Below are positions 28,426-42,662 of a DNA stretch of 64,000 nucleotides, piece by piece; position 1 is the stretch's first letter; each line of letters starts with the position of its first letter. Origin of the DNA: Eledone cirrhosa. Lineage: Eukaryota. The position numbers and the translations under genes were made by a program. The DNA lies in assembly GCA_964016885.1 (NCBI GenBank), contig OZ024741.1:97030001-97094000 (forward strand). Direction: 5' to 3'. A model generated the notes under the pieces. The model did not search any database, was not told the origin of the DNA, and saw only the letters and a list, made by a program, of their open reading frames with translations.

Positions 28426-28509
28426 ATATTATTTAGATTTTGATATCTCAGTTATTGATGTTATTTAACTGGAGAATCTGCCCTAATGAACATCAAACCG
28501 CTTCCTGCA

Positions 28510-29200
28510 GTTTCAGATATTCAGTGCAAATTGGAGGGACATTGCGTTTTACAGTAGGCATGCTTTTTGGATTGTTTCAAAAACGGGGATTGAGTTAATG
28601 TTCTTCAATCAGCCTTCTAAGCCCTTCGAGATAGTAAAACGTACTCCTATGCCGATAGTGACGATCTCGACATTTTTTTCAGTTCCCACTTTAGATCCTG
28701 GTACCGGTTAATTTTTTTCGTTCTTTTCTTCTGTCAAAGGGACAAGCTATATCTATAATAAGAAAGCTGTGTTTTCTTTGTGAAAAACTACTAGTTCAAG
28801 GCTATTATGTTTTAATTATTTGTCCGTTTGTATCCTAAAATCACAAAGCACCATCACCCAATCATTTTCTATTACCGACACCTTTTTTACTCAGCTGTAG
28901 AAATGAGATGATAGGAGTGGGGTCCCTATCATTCAAGACACCTTCAACAAGAGGAGGCCAGCTAAACCCGCATAGGTGTCAGCTGTCACACACACACTGG
29001 CGTATGCTCATACATTTTCTAAGAAAGAGATAATGAGTTCAGTTTGCATAAATGCCAGTGAATAACATTTCCTATGATATCGTGCATCCATCATTTATAG
29101 TGAATCTGGGCTAGGTTTTTACACACGGACACGATGTAAGCCACAGTTTCCCACAGATTGGGCTAGCCTCTTCCTTCTCAGAATCGTGTTTCATCCACTT
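28510..29200 (-). pseudogene. R4/Dong-like non-LTR retrotransposon C-terminus (restriction-like endonuclease)
   Basis: Minus translation LAQIHYK..HD..VIHWHLC, DFRIQTD, IIDIACPFD, EKINRYQDLKWEL, IQKACLL. Confidence 0.75.
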
Positions 29201-29539
29201 GTTCAGCCAATATTATACTCCTTTTTTTAGCCAGTTCCATCTAGTACGGATCTCTGAATTCTTTTTTTCTTCAAAAGTCTGTGTGTAAAGTGGCTTCTAC
29301 ATCTCTTTGCTTTATTTCCTTTCCCAGTCACTTCTTTGCTCCCACTCACTCCTTCTTGTCCTCTTTCAAGCGTTTCTATATTTCATCTGCCTGTCAGCCA
29401 CCTTGTCGATTGTCTCTCTGATGATCACTGGCCACTGGTCTCTGTACTCTGAGGTATTTTTTCCCATCGCTGTCTTTGACAGCATTTAGCTGTTTTAAGG
29501 TCGTTGTAGAGATGAGTTTTCTTATTTTTATATGTATTA

Positions 29540-30060
29540 TCTCCTTAAAATATATAACCAGCAATTTCTCTGTCTGTCTGTCCGACGCGTAGAGAGAGAG
29601 TGAGAGTGAAAGAAAGAGACAGACTACAAGAGGGGGGTAGCGGGAGGGAGAGAGAGAGACGCTGGAAGAGGGGAAGGAAAGCTATGTCTTGCTGTCTGCA
29701 TTACGATACATATATATATACACACACACACTGAGCGCGTCATAATGACGTAATGCAGACACCAGACATACAGACAGGTATTATAAGGGCGCAACGTTAT
29801 ATCTATGTATCTATCTAAAAAGAAAGACTAAGAATTATATAGAGAGAACGCTAAATCGCCTAATGCGGTTCCTAGGGCATTGAAAATTTGAAATAATTTT
29901 TGCTCGAAACACTCACAGGACCATAAGTATTACATGTCTAAAGTTTGAAAACAATCGGTTGGATGGTTCTCAAGTTTTAGTGAGCTGACAGACAGACAGA
30001 CATTCTCTGTTCTAGATATATAGACTAGCAGAAAACCGCCCGGATGTGGTTTTCTGCTAG
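29540..30060 (+). mobile_element. Non-autonomous Helitron-like unit 1
   Basis: A|TC start; ends in hairpin plus CTAG; tandem copy follows. Confidence 0.7.
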
Positions 30061-30615
30061 TCTACTTATAAATATAACCAGCAATTTCTCTGTCTGTCTG
30101 CCCGACAGTGGAAACACGTGCGTAGAGAGAGAGTGAGAGTGAAAGAAAGAGACAGAATACGAGAAGGGGATAGCGGGAGGGAGAGAGGGAGAGAGAGAGA
30201 GTGAATAGACGCTAAAACACGTGATACAGAAACATTACCTTCCCCTCTCCACTGACTTTGGTCACTGAGTCCGAGGGAATCGCGCTGAGCGCGTCATAAT
30301 GACGTAATGCAGACAGACAGACATACAGACAGATATTATAAGGGCGCAACGTTATATCTATGTATCTATCTAAAAAGAAAGACTAAGAATTATATAGAGA
30401 GAACGCTAAATCGCCTAATGCGGTCCTTAGGGCATTGAAAATTTAAAATAATCTTTGCTCAAAACACTCACAGGACCATAAGTATTACATGTCTAAAGTT
30501 TGAAAACAATCGGTTGGATGGTTCTCAAGTTTTAGTGAGCTGACAGACAGACAGACATTCTCTGTTTTAGATATATAGACTAGCAGAAAACCGCCCGCAC
30601 GTGGTTTTCTGCTAG
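30061..30615 (+). mobile_element. Non-autonomous Helitron-like unit 2
   Basis: TC..CTAG; near copy of 29540-30060. Confidence 0.7.
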
Positions 30616-32030
30616 TCTATATATATATATAAAACTGAGGATGTCTGTCTGTGTGTGTGTGAGTTCGAATCCCTAAAACTCGAGGACCACCAAACCGACA
30701 GTTTTCAAACTTTACACGTGTAATACTTATATTTCAGGGAGTGTTCTGAGCAATATCTATTATAATATATGTCTGTATGTCTGTCTGTCTGCATTACGTC
30801 ACTTCCTACAATTCGCCCTGCGTCCAGAACACGCCGTTATAATATCTGTCTGTATGTCTGGCTGTCTGCTGCCTCCGGTTATTCTGTCACCCTTGCTCAG
30901 ACAAATCTCACACTCATTCCCCAAACAGTTGGTAAGTGCACACAACTTCTTCACCACGTTTTAAGCCACAGTGTTGCTTTCTTACGTACCACCAGACCCC
31001 TACTTCTTTGCCAGCCGTGGTTGTGGCAATACTAAGTTTAGCTAAGGCGGTTACATATTTCGCACAACACTAAAAATTAAAGCCGGTAAAGAAAAACATC
31101 GCTTAATAGCTTCTTTCAGTTTGCTTACTTACGTGCCTTTACGAGAACAAAAGTTACTATTTTACCGCTCAGTATTGTAGAGAAGCACCAAACCGACTGT
31201 TTTCTAACTTTACACATGTAATACTCATGTTTCAGGGAGTGTTCTGAGGAAAATAAATTTCAAATTTTAAATACCCTAGGGACCGCATTAGGCGATTTAG
31301 CGATCTCGCTCTATAATTCTTAGTCTTTCTCTTTTCAGATAGATACATACATATAACGTCGCGTCCTTATAATATCTGTCTGTATGTCTGGCTGTCTACA
31401 TTACGTCACTTCCCTGAGGATGTTTGTGTGTATGTGAGTTTGAATCCCTATGTGTGTCTGTGAGTTTGAATCCCTAAAACTCGAGAAGTACCCAACCGAT
31501 TTTTTAAAAACTTTACATGTGTATTACTTATGTTTCAGGGATGGTTACGCAAATTAATAAATTCCAGTTTTTTTTATCTCCTAGGGCCTGCATTAGGTGA
31601 AAATTGCGTTTTTAAAGATTTTTAGGGGTCTCTTGAGGCGTTACGTCAGACTGATTTCCTTGAAATTGTAACTATGTATTAGTCAGTCTCTTCTTCATAC
31701 CGTAAGCAAAGAAAATCGAACTTTCTTATGGCCTAGGGCCCGCATTAGGTGAAAAAATTAATTTGTTCAGCTTCTTAGGGCTTTTTAGCGGAATTTCCCG
31801 AAATTTCATGGCATATTATGCACATAAAAAAATTCATTTTCTTGATCAGCCAGGGCCCTCATTAGGTGAAAACCTGCATTTTTCCTGTTTCATCGAGGAA
31901 AATATTAAAGATTATCCAGAATTATTTTCTTTACATATTGGCCAGGCATGCAGTTTTTCCACGATTAAGTCTGTTGGCGGCCCGCGTTCCAAAATAACTT
32001 ATCCCGTGCAACGCCGGGTACCACTTCTAG
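30616..32030 (+). mobile_element. Non-autonomous Helitron with internal duplications
   Basis: TC start; 3' hairpin cccg-tgcaacgc-cggg then CTAG|T; homologous to 37945-38492. Confidence 0.8.
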
Positions 32031-32525
32031 TTATTAATATTATCATCAATGGTAGTAGTAATAATAGTAGTAGTATTAGTTGCAATGAAGTTATTGAAGA
32101 TGAAATGATGAAAATCCTGACAATGGTTATCGTCATGATGACAATGATAGTGATGATACGAACAATGATATTAAAACAAAAGAATACTATGAGTATAATA
32201 CAACTACAATAATTAAGGGGTTAATATCGCTGACATATATCATATTATTGGTGACCTAATTAATTTAATAGAGGGATGAGCTGTTACCAAAGTTTACGTC
32301 TATTACACCACATGCGTCTTAGTTATTGCATAAACTGCAGTGTTAGAGAGAATTATGTCTGAATGGCTAAGTGTTGAAAGGTACAATAAGTATAATAATA
32401 AGATCGGGGCCAGCGATTTCAGTGGAAATCCGGGAGGTTGTAGCTATGTCTCCCTCAAATATCACCTTGTAAGTGTGTGACACGTTAAATAATGTGCGAG
32501 ATGCAACATACACACGCCCACACAC

Positions 32526-32612
<87 letters not shown>

Positions 32613-32681
32613 TATATATGTATACATGTATGTATGTATGTACGCATGCACGTATATATACATACATATATATATATATGT

Positions 32682-32712
<31 letters not shown>

Positions 32713-32959
32713 TTTGTGTGTGTTTAGTGTGTGTGTGTGTATGAATGTGTGCGTCTGCATGTATGTGTATAAGTGTGTGTGTGTGTGTTAAAAAAACAGA
32801 GGGTATGAGTTGCTACTGTACAACATGAATTATTTTTCTCCAGAAGCATTATTGAGAAATAAATCATAACATCCATACTGCTGTATACATTCTAAACAAT
32901 CACCGCCTGATGCCCCCTAACAGTTGTTCATTTATAAGAAATGTGGGGAAAGAGACATA

Positions 32960-33175
32960 TTGGTTTCTGATTTAGGTACATGGCCAACAATTTTGGAAAA
33001 GGAGAAAAATGATTAAATCCACCCCAGTGCATTACTGGTATTTTATTTTATCGACATTGTAAGGATGAAAGGCAAAGCTAACCTCGACAGGATGTGAACT
33101 CAGATCGAAAAGGGCCGTAACTCTATGCCATAAAGCCTGATGTCCCACGCTCCACCGATACTGCCAATGCACCGA
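32960..33175 (-). mobile_element. SINE
   Basis: Reverse complement of the SINE consensus. Confidence 0.75.
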
Positions 33176-34373
33176 GACATATTGAGAGTTACAATCATAC
33201 ACCAGCCCATAGATTAGAATATTGAGGTCCAGATTCTCTGATTGTCCTGCATATTTCAGAATCTACCTTATGTTATTATATTGTTTCCTTGACCAACCAT
33301 TTTACATATTACGCATTATATTACACGAAATAAAAATAATATTGTTTGAATTATTATGTCTTCTTTCAAGGCTTTGTTTTACATTTTGTAAGGTTACAAC
33401 ACTAGAAAGGCGAAATGAAATGGTATGACTATATTTAGCAAGGGTCTTACACAGAATCAATTAATGTTCCCCATGAGCGAAGAAGAAAGTAGCCAGATTT
33501 AAGAAGCCAAACGTTTACTAGAATATGTAAATAGTGATAGAGCATTCTCAGAGCTCATTTGTAAATTTGTTAGCCTTAATCTTTTATGTTGTTTTCCAAA
33601 AGTAACTAATCCTTGTCTTACGAAAGGAAATATTTGATGTATTTTTGTAACCACGAATAATAAAGAAAACAATTACAATAATAATACTAATAACAATTCA
33701 ACAAGCAAGAAATGGAATCACACTGATGTTATGGTATAGGATATATGGCAGGAAATTCCAATGGATGAGTCATATATGAAGTCAGCGAATAATAAAGTGG
33801 AATTCCTCGGAAAAGAAATTGCTGAGAGAAAACTAATTCCATGCGAGTTGTACCGATGAGGCCATCCCCGGCCATTATTCGCCCCATTAGTCTGCGAACA
33901 ACGAACAAATACTCTAGGCGACATGATATTAACAAATGCGCAAGTGGTTTTCTCACTTTTTCCGTCTTCACATCTAATCAACTCGTCATTTACCATTTTA
34001 TGAAGAAAATATTCTTGATCTTATATTACATTTTTTTCTTCTTGCTATAACAAATAATATTGTTGCTGTTGTTAATGTTCTTCCTACTACTGATTTAATA
34101 GACATTTTTGGTGGTAGTGGTGGTGAGCAATGAATAATTCGCATTATTATTCCTCTTATTCACTAACATCGACTATTCTTGATGTCCATACAAGTGTTAT
34201 GAAAAACATTGATGGATGGCATTCTATAATTTATTTCGTTTATTAATCTACGAATTTTCACACTTCCATAAATCATTTGCTCTCTATTCCTTGTCAATTT
34301 TACTCTATATACATACATACACAATTACATGCATACGTGCATGCATACATAATACATACACACACACATATAT

Positions 34374-34481
<108 letters not shown>

Positions 34482-35004
34482 GCATGTATTTATGTATTTA
34501 TTCAGCCACACACACATTCACATACAGATACACACAGACATGTATATATATATGTGTGTGTGTGTGTATGTGAGAGTGTATGTAAATACAATACATATAT
34601 ACATATAATCAAGTATCTATACAGAACTAGTTTATATAATTAAAGTGATTCTATGTCATGAAATGTAAGTAGAGATTTGGTCCAGTAGATAAATAAAGAT
34701 TTCTCGGTTGAAAACTGACCTATCAATATTCTCCCATATTTGAAACTCTTCAACTTTAAACGACCACGTGAAAATATGTTTGGCTTTCAGAATATATTCA
34801 GACATATATGCCTACATAAAAGGGTTCATTCATACATAAACTAATACATCCATGCATACATAACCAATTATTCATATGCGGATATATGTAGATATACCAG
34901 AACAGTCAACTATGAATACATAGAGAAATTATTTCCTCCAATGATATAAAAGAAGTTATATATATATATATATGATATAACAAGGAAACGAAGATACACA
35001 CTAA

Positions 35005-35049
<45 letters not shown>

Positions 35050-35199
35050 TTTACACCTCCTGTACTTTTTCATCATTTCTTAAACTATATAAACATACAC
35101 ACACACATACACACACATATATATATATATATTCTATGTCATATATATATATAGCTTCTTTTACATGCTAGAGAGATAGAGAAACATAAATAGATAACT

Positions 35200-35870
35200 T
35201 TCTTTTTATTTGCCACCAGGGCATCAAAGAGTGGGACAAGTACAATGGGGGGAGTTTACATAAAAAGGCGTCCTCAATAAGGAGGAGGCAATAACAAGAT
35301 ATAAAAAATAAAATATAAAATATAACAAAAATAAATTGAAAAACAAAATCCTCAATAGGGAGGAGGCGCCTTGGGGGGTCGCACACACCCGAAAAAAGAG
35401 TGCAACCCTTCTCCTCAGGAGCACAGAGATACGGTGCTCCCATGATCTTTCATCTTTCTCACCTACAGTCTGATGTAGAGTGAAGGCCCATTCACACAGG
35501 CCATTCTCCCCTTTCACCCATCTTTCAAAGAAACGGCTGGGGTGCAGCACCTCTCTCTCCATCCTGATCCTTCTTCCGAAATGATATCGGAAGAAACGGA
35601 CCAGTTGTTGGCCAGAGAGAAAGGTGTCTGACCTCAGTCCTTTCAGACGCGTCCACCATACAACCTCTTTCGCCATGGCTACTATGCACAGAAACACCGC
35701 CTCTCCTTCGTTTTTGAAGAGGGAAGGCGGCTTGATCGTTACAATTGACTCGCTGGTCAACCGGATCGGTCCCACCCTTGACAGAGGTTGTTCGACATAA
35801 CCCCACAGATCGGCAATGCCCGAGCAGTGTACCAATGCGTATGCAACGGTTTCCTCGTCGCACACGCATC
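35200..35870 (-). pseudogene. Tx1/L1-like LINE ORF2 3' fragment
   Basis: CPRC..DEETVAYALVHC zinc-knuckle-like segment, AKEVVWWTR, RFFERW, then a short UTR with AATAAA. Confidence 0.75.
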
Positions 35871-36337
35871 TGGGACAGAATAGATAGATAGATAGATATA
35901 CGTATGTAACCTGTCATAAAGTCAAGATCACTAACCCCATAATCCCAACTAGCTTACTTGCCGAGGGGTGTAATATATGGACACACTGCCGAATGAAACA
36001 CAAAATTCGTCAAATGAGGGAGAGACCACTGGGATTCCATAGCCATTCAATCAAGAGTACACACGCACACACACACTCACACACATATACGATTAGGTAG
36101 TAATACGTGCTTATGCCGTATTAAACTACATAGAATTAGTATGTTAGTTGGGATTAAAAAAACCATCTGAATGGATCAAAAAAAAAAATATCAGGCTTGA
36201 CGTAAATGGGACACGAACCGACATCTTTGGTTTTCCGGACCAATGTGTTAATTTGACACCAACACGCTACCGACGCTTTCTTCTCTTCAATTAGAAGCTA
36301 TATAACAATAGCAGGTATACATATGTATATAAATATG

Positions 36338-36473
36338 GAGACACAAATCAGGCTTTATTTACAGACGGCTAGCGAATTTGAAAATAAGGCAATAAGATGA
36401 TCTGTTAAAATTAGTTTGTTGGGATCTTTTTCAAATTCGCTAGCGGTTTGTAAACATACCCTGCTTTGTGTCT

Positions 36474-36475
<2 letters not shown>
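36338..36475. repeat. MITE-like inverted repeat of about 140 bp
   Basis: Imperfect arms of about 50 bp, ggagacacaaa../..tttgtgtctcc, in TA context. Confidence 0.6.
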
Positions 36476-36568
<93 letters not shown>

Positions 36569-36572
<4 letters not shown>

Positions 36573-36762
36573 AACCAGTAAGACCCCGACAGCTGAGCTC
36601 AAGCCGTTTCGACGGCTAATTCTGGAGTCCAGAATTAGCCGTCGAAACGGCTTGAGCTCAGCTGTCGGGGTCTTACTGGTTCCTATTACCCACTCTACTA
36701 CCTCAAGTATTGAGTACTTTGGTGCGTTATGGTCCACCTGGTTCCTTACCACATTTCCTTCG

Positions 36763-36765
<3 letters not shown>
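36569..36765 (+). mobile_element. Fold-back mini-insertion, family A
   Basis: Perfect palindrome 36569-36685 plus tail; flanked by TA. Confidence 0.85.
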
Positions 36766-36804
<39 letters not shown>

Positions 36805-36809
<5 letters not shown>

Positions 36810-37380
36810 CTACACACAGAAAAGACGCAATGTTTAGACAAATCACAGAGGCAATAAACATAAAAGAATTACAACCAAAATTAAATAGAAAATATGAGTG
36901 GAACAGCAACATCACAACTTACAATTAAGGACAACATGAAAACACACACGCACATAGAACAAACAACCAACCGGTAACATGTAAATAAACAAATAAATAA
37001 ACGAATATAAACACACACAGAAACCCGGATGTGGCGCATGCGCAGACTGAGCACACAACGCACACACAGAAACAAAATGGCGTAGGACAGAACAAAGGAG
37101 AGGCACAAAAACAAAGAAAAGAATCCCCAGTCACTGAAGAGGTCACAGAATGTGTGACGAAAGAACTTTGACAATATATAAACAACTATTTGGTTGTGTA
37201 ACCAACCAACCAACCAGAAATTTATATATTCCTAAATTTATAAATTTATTATAATAAATTGAAGTGAAAGCAACTGATGCGTGTGTTTCTTATTGGCAAC
37301 ATGACCCTCCCAAAGTATAACAATATCGGTTTCAACACACGTTTTCAGATAAAGAATCTTGCTAAACAAATTCAGAAACG

Positions 37381-37382
<2 letters not shown>
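36805..37382 (+). mobile_element. PLE 3' fragment with pLTR
   Basis: ESTHRKDAMFRQITEAINIKELQPKLNRKYEW (EN C-terminus); homologous to 8610-9125. Confidence 0.85.
37130..37172 (+). ncRNA. Minimal hammerhead
   Basis: gtca-CTGAAGA-g-gtcaca-gaatg-tgtgac-GAAA-GAAC-TT-tgac. Confidence 0.8.
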
Positions 37383-37459
<77 letters not shown>

Positions 37460-37460
37460 T

Positions 37461-37754
37461 ATAAAGAAAAATAGATGAAATCGAAAATGCAACTGGAGTC
37501 TTATTTAAAAAAAATATATATATTTATTTGGTACCTTTAGACATCTGTGAGAAAAACCACATACCCTCCACCTCAACTCTACTTTGGAAAAGCAGAAGAA
37601 CTGCGAAACCGGTAAAGGAACCAAATAAATATATATATATTTTAAAAAGTAAGACTCCAGTTGCATTTTCGATTTCATCATTATTTCTTTATACTTTCAC
37701 TCGTGAAGGACACCTCGGTTATTTTTCATTTTGTAAAAAAAACCTCACTTTCTG
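37461..37754 (+). mobile_element. Fold-back mini-insertion of the 18860-19005 pLTR family
   Basis: 37461-37539 is the reverse complement of 37613-37692; HHR-like motif at 37581-37618. Confidence 0.8.
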
Positions 37755-37944
37755 ATATATATATATATTTATTAAAATAACAGATTAAATAAATAAATAT
37801 TTGCTCTATGGTTTTATATATTTGATATATATTTATCCTTATCGACCCCTCTTTGGATTTTAATCTTCAAATTTATTATTATTACTATATATATATATAT
37901 ATATGCATAACTTACACCATATATATATTTATATTTATATATAT

Positions 37945-37963
37945 ATATTTATAAAACTGAGGA

Positions 37964-38041
<78 letters not shown>

Positions 38042-38492
38042 GTGAGTTTGAATCCCTAAAACTCGAGAAGAACCCAACCGGTTTTTTTCAAACTTTACAG
38101 GACAGGTGTATAACTTATCTTTCAGGGAGTGTTACACACATACAAAATTCAACTTTCTGATCCCTAGGGCCCGCATTAGTTGAAAAACTGCATTTTCTCA
38201 GCTTTTTAAGGCTTTTTTGAGGCGTTACGTTTAGCCGATTTTCACGAAATTTCAAGGCATATTATGCACATAAAAAAAATTCATTTTCTTGATCCCCTAG
38301 GGCCCGTATTAGGTGAAAACCTGCATTTTTCCTAATTCATCGAGGAAAATCTTAAAGATTATCCAGCTATCAGAGTTTTCGGTTTATTTTCTTTACATAT
38401 TATCCAGGCATGCAGTTTTTCTACGATTAGGTCTGTTGGCGGCCCACGTTCCAACATACCTTATCCCGTGCAACGCCGGGTACCACTGCTAG
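37945..38492 (+). mobile_element. Non-autonomous Helitron
   Basis: Same 5' sequence as 30616; 3' hairpin plus CTAG|T. Confidence 0.8.
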
Positions 38493-38737
38493 TATATATA
38501 TATATATGTGCGTGTGTGTGTGTTTATATATATATATGTGTCTATTTGTATATATAGATTTCTTTGCGGAACTGGGATGTTCTTCGTCGAAAAGTCGATT
38601 GTTTGTTTACGCATGGTAGGTTAAAATTTTAATAAAAAACAGGAGTTTGGTAGTAGTGTCGGGATTTGAATGTGGTATGGGTCGAAGAGTGCTCCACTAC
38701 GGAAGTAGTAGCTAAAGAACAAAGAGGTTGTGTTCAG

Positions 38738-38825
38738 ATACCAGTGGACCATAAAGCACCAGAGTACTCAGTTGAGTACTCTGGTACCTTATGGTCCACC
38801 TGGTATCATACCACACTCGCTTTGT
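38738..38825 (+). mobile_element. Family A tail fold-back
   Basis: ataccagtggaccataa..gagtactca/tgagtactc..ttatggtccacctggtat. Confidence 0.65.
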
Positions 38826-39013
38826 AATATGTATATATATTTTATACATACATACACACACACATATATATACATATATGTATGTATATCTATATATACT
38901 AATTTCCTAATTGAAGGTATCATAACATATATCTATATATTATTCTTATGTTTTTCAATAGAAACGTTCAATGGACATTTGTCCAGAGCATCAATAATTC
39001 TAATTAAGCGATA

Positions 39014-39044
<31 letters not shown>

Positions 39045-39089
39045 CAATATTAAATAAATGGAAACTATATTTATAAAACCATATTTATT

Positions 39090-39147
39090 TCATTATATAT
39101 ATTTCGGGGATATCATATTAACAATATGCTATGCCTTCCTCAGACAA
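39090..39147 (-). ncRNA. Minimal hammerhead
   Basis: Reverse complement of 42039-42096. Confidence 0.7.
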
Positions 39148-40594
39148 AATACAATATAAACAGTTTTATAGATAAATAGATTCGACATACCGTTATAACA
39201 CCGACTTCCATTTGAAGAGCTTTAAGCTGGCAGTGAAAAAATTTTACACAGAGAGAAAGAAAGAGAGAAAAAAGAAAGAAAGACAGAAAACGAAGAAAAG
39301 GAAGAAAAAGAAGAAATGCATGGAACAAAATAGAGAGATGGAAAGATAGATAAAGCGAAGAACTTCATGTAAAGAAACAGAAAGAGATATATATATATAG
39401 AGAGAGAGGAAATAGAGATAGATACATATATATATAGAAAATTAGGTAGTGGGAGGTCATTTTGAGTAAATGTATCAATGATACATTTATTTATTTATTT
39501 ATTTATTTAGCTCAAGTATTAATGTAAGGGAGATATATATAGAGAGAAAAAATATAGAGAGAGGAAAAAATAGCGAGAGAAAAAAATTTAAAAATAGCCA
39601 GATATATTCGAGGCGTAAAAACCCTATGTTTCAATGTATTAGTATTTATAAAACTTACACTATATTGTAAATATCAGTATTCCTGAATGAGACAAGTATC
39701 CATAGTGTGTGAAAATTAATTATCTTATGTTTAGTTTAAAAAAAATTCATATGTTTATGTGACAGCTACAAACATCCATGCGAATCCACATGATTCACTC
39801 TGCAAACTCTAAGTTCACGGAAAACATTCTCAATGTGGTATAAAAATTTGAGCATACATATATGTGTATTATTATTCCTGTCTTTACTCTACAAGATTAT
39901 CTATCAAGCAGAAATAGAGAGCAGATTTCAATATACTAATAAAAATATATATCAGAAACAAAACTAAAAAAATAAAAAGATAACAATAATAATAATAAGT
40001 AAAAATAAGTAATAATAAAATAGAAAACTAAAAAAATATTACGAAAGAATATTACATAATAAAAATATTACATATTAAAAATATTACGTATTAAAAAATA
40101 TTACGTATTAAAAATTTACATATTAAAGATATTAAAAAAAAAAATAAAAAAAAAAAATAAAAAATAAAAAATAATTATAAAATACTACAATAATAAAAAA
40201 TAAAAATAAAAATAAACCACAAAGATCAACCCTTCAAAGTTAATTGACAATATATTGCCAAGTTCATTACAAGACAAAGCCAAAAATTATCTATCAAATC
40301 ACATCTAGCAAAGATCATTTCAAAAAGTCTATGATGTCCAAATTGGTCTACATATGTTCTTATATTTAATATAGAAGTTTATCTAGTGTAAGGTTTATTC
40401 AAAAAATTTGGAGCATCAGCTTTTAGGGTAGCTTAATTTTTCATGAGGAATGTTTAAATAAAAATAAAATAAAAATAAACAATAAAAAAAAAAAATAAAC
40501 AATAAAAAAAAGAATAAAAAGAAGGAATCAAAAATTTAGGAATCAAAAATTTATCGGCTAGTTTCCCATATAAATATAAATCAAACTAAATATA

Positions 40595-41680
40595 CTACAT
40601 TTTAAATTTAAATTTATATTTAAACGTTGAGTTTAATCTATGTTTGCAACAACTGAATAAATTTGTCCGTAGGTTAAGGGAATTTTTAGATTTTAGTATA
40701 AAGAATATCTCCTCTGCGCAGAGGTCACATGTCTCAGAGGATGAATTAAAAGGAATCCCTCTTGAGACTATATTCCAAGCCGTCGAATATCTAACGTTAT
40801 CTAGCTTAAGTTGCCAGAGTACGCCTGATAGTGCCGTTGAAGATTTTTTACTTGGATCTGTGAAAGAATTCTTGTGGTTATTATAGCGAAGTTTAAATTC
40901 CGTCGATGTGGAACCGACGTAGTTAAAAGAATTAGAGTCAGTATTAACATTACAATTGTATACTATATTTTTAACTAAGCAGTTGTTATTTAACGGACAT
41001 TTAGATCTATCTCTACAGTTACATTTGTTAACTTGTATATTATTTATGCTATTATCACTAGGTTTTAAGTTCCTATTATTTATTCTATTAATATTTTGTG
41101 CTAAATTTTTGGTGGATGAGTAGGTTAATTTAATTGTATGCCTATTGAAAATTGAGTGATACCTATGTGTTCTAGGGAAGCGATTATCAAGAGCTTTGAA
41201 AAATAATTTAGCGATGTGGATTTTAATGTTTAGTGAGAAAGGGGGGGGGGCAAACCAAATTATGTTCCTAGTTCTATTTCTTTTTTGGCCTTTGGAATTA
41301 TTGTAATGCTTTCTATTATAGTTGTTAATGTTGTTGCCGTAATTAAAAAAGTTGTTACTTTGTTTAGTTTGTCTATCATTATCTATGTACACAATCTTAT
41401 CAGCATATCCTGCCCTAGCTAATGCTTCATTATAGTATTGGGCCTTTTCGTCGAAAATCTTTCTATTCGACGAGATCCTAGAGATACGTTTTTGAACTGA
41501 GTTTACTATAGTGTTTTTGACAGATCTGGGGTGGTTAGAGTTAAAGTTGACATAGTTTAAGTTTTCATTCAACTTGTGAAAAGGATAGTGGAGACATGTG
41601 TTGAGATTTAATGTTATATCTAGGAAATTGACTATTCTATGGTTGTTCTCAATTTCTATTTTAAGGTTAAAGTAATTAAA
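40595..41680 (-). pseudogene. PLE RT thumb plus GIY-YIG endonuclease (5'-truncated), same family as 10497-14520
   Basis: VNFLDITLNL, SNHP, CNCRDRSKCPL, IVY..YVGST..FKLRYNNH, CDLC. Confidence 0.92.
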
Positions 41681-42038
41681 TAAATAAATAAATAAATAAA
41701 TGTATCATTGATACATTTACTCAAAATGACCTCCCACTACCTAATTTTCTATATATATATGTATCTATCTCTATTTCCTCTCTCTCTCTATATATATATA
41801 TCTTTCTGTTTCTTTACATGAAGTTCTTCGCTTTATCTATCTTTCCATCTCTCTATTTTGTTCCATGCATTTCTTCTTTTTCTTCCTTTTCTTCGTTTTC
41901 TGTCTTTCTTTCTTTTTTCTCTCTTTCTTTCTCTCTGTGTAAAATTTTTTCACTGCCAGCTTAAACCTCTTCAAATGGAAGTCGGTGTTATAACGGTATG
42001 TCGAATCTATTTATCTATAAAACTGTTTATATTGTATT

Positions 42039-42096
42039 TTGTCTGAGGAAGGCATAGCATATTGTTAATATGATATCCCCGAAATATATATAATGA
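42039..42096 (+). ncRNA. Minimal hammerhead
   Basis: ttgt-CTGAGGA-aggcatagcatatt/aatatgatatcccc-GAAA-TATATA-TA-atga. Confidence 0.7.
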
Positions 42097-42228
42097 AATA
42101 AATATGGTTTTATAAATATAGTTTCCATTTATTTAATATTGTAAATATACTCCAAATATTTGTCGAGTGCTTTTATATCAGTTATAAATATTTACTAGTT
42201 GTAACCCAACAATTTTAAATATAACTTT

Positions 42229-42311
<83 letters not shown>

Positions 42312-42573
42312 CAGAGAGAGATAGAGATAGATAGATAGATAGATAGAGAGAGATTGAGAGTGAGAGAGCGAGCGAGAGAGAGAGAGAGAGAGAGACGCAC
42401 ATCGTTTAAGAAACAAATCGACTTTTGTACAGACATAAAGCACATAATATTTAGGAAAAATACGTACTTCAAGTTGTTGTCATAGCCCGCGGAGTTATGT
42501 GTGGACAAAATAACTCAGACGATATATGGATCTTTCTCATTCTATATCTACATACATATATCCCTTAATTTGA

Positions 42574-42662
<89 letters not shown>

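Larger units (their letters stand above)
39046..42230 (-). mobile_element. 5'-truncated PLE with inverted pLTR
   Basis: 39046-39505 is the reverse complement of about 41680-42141; encloses the minus-strand ORF. Confidence 0.92.

Noticed and set aside
36190-36280. tRNA gene on the minus strand
   Set aside because: A/B-box-like motifs only, no clean cloverleaf; probably a SINE head
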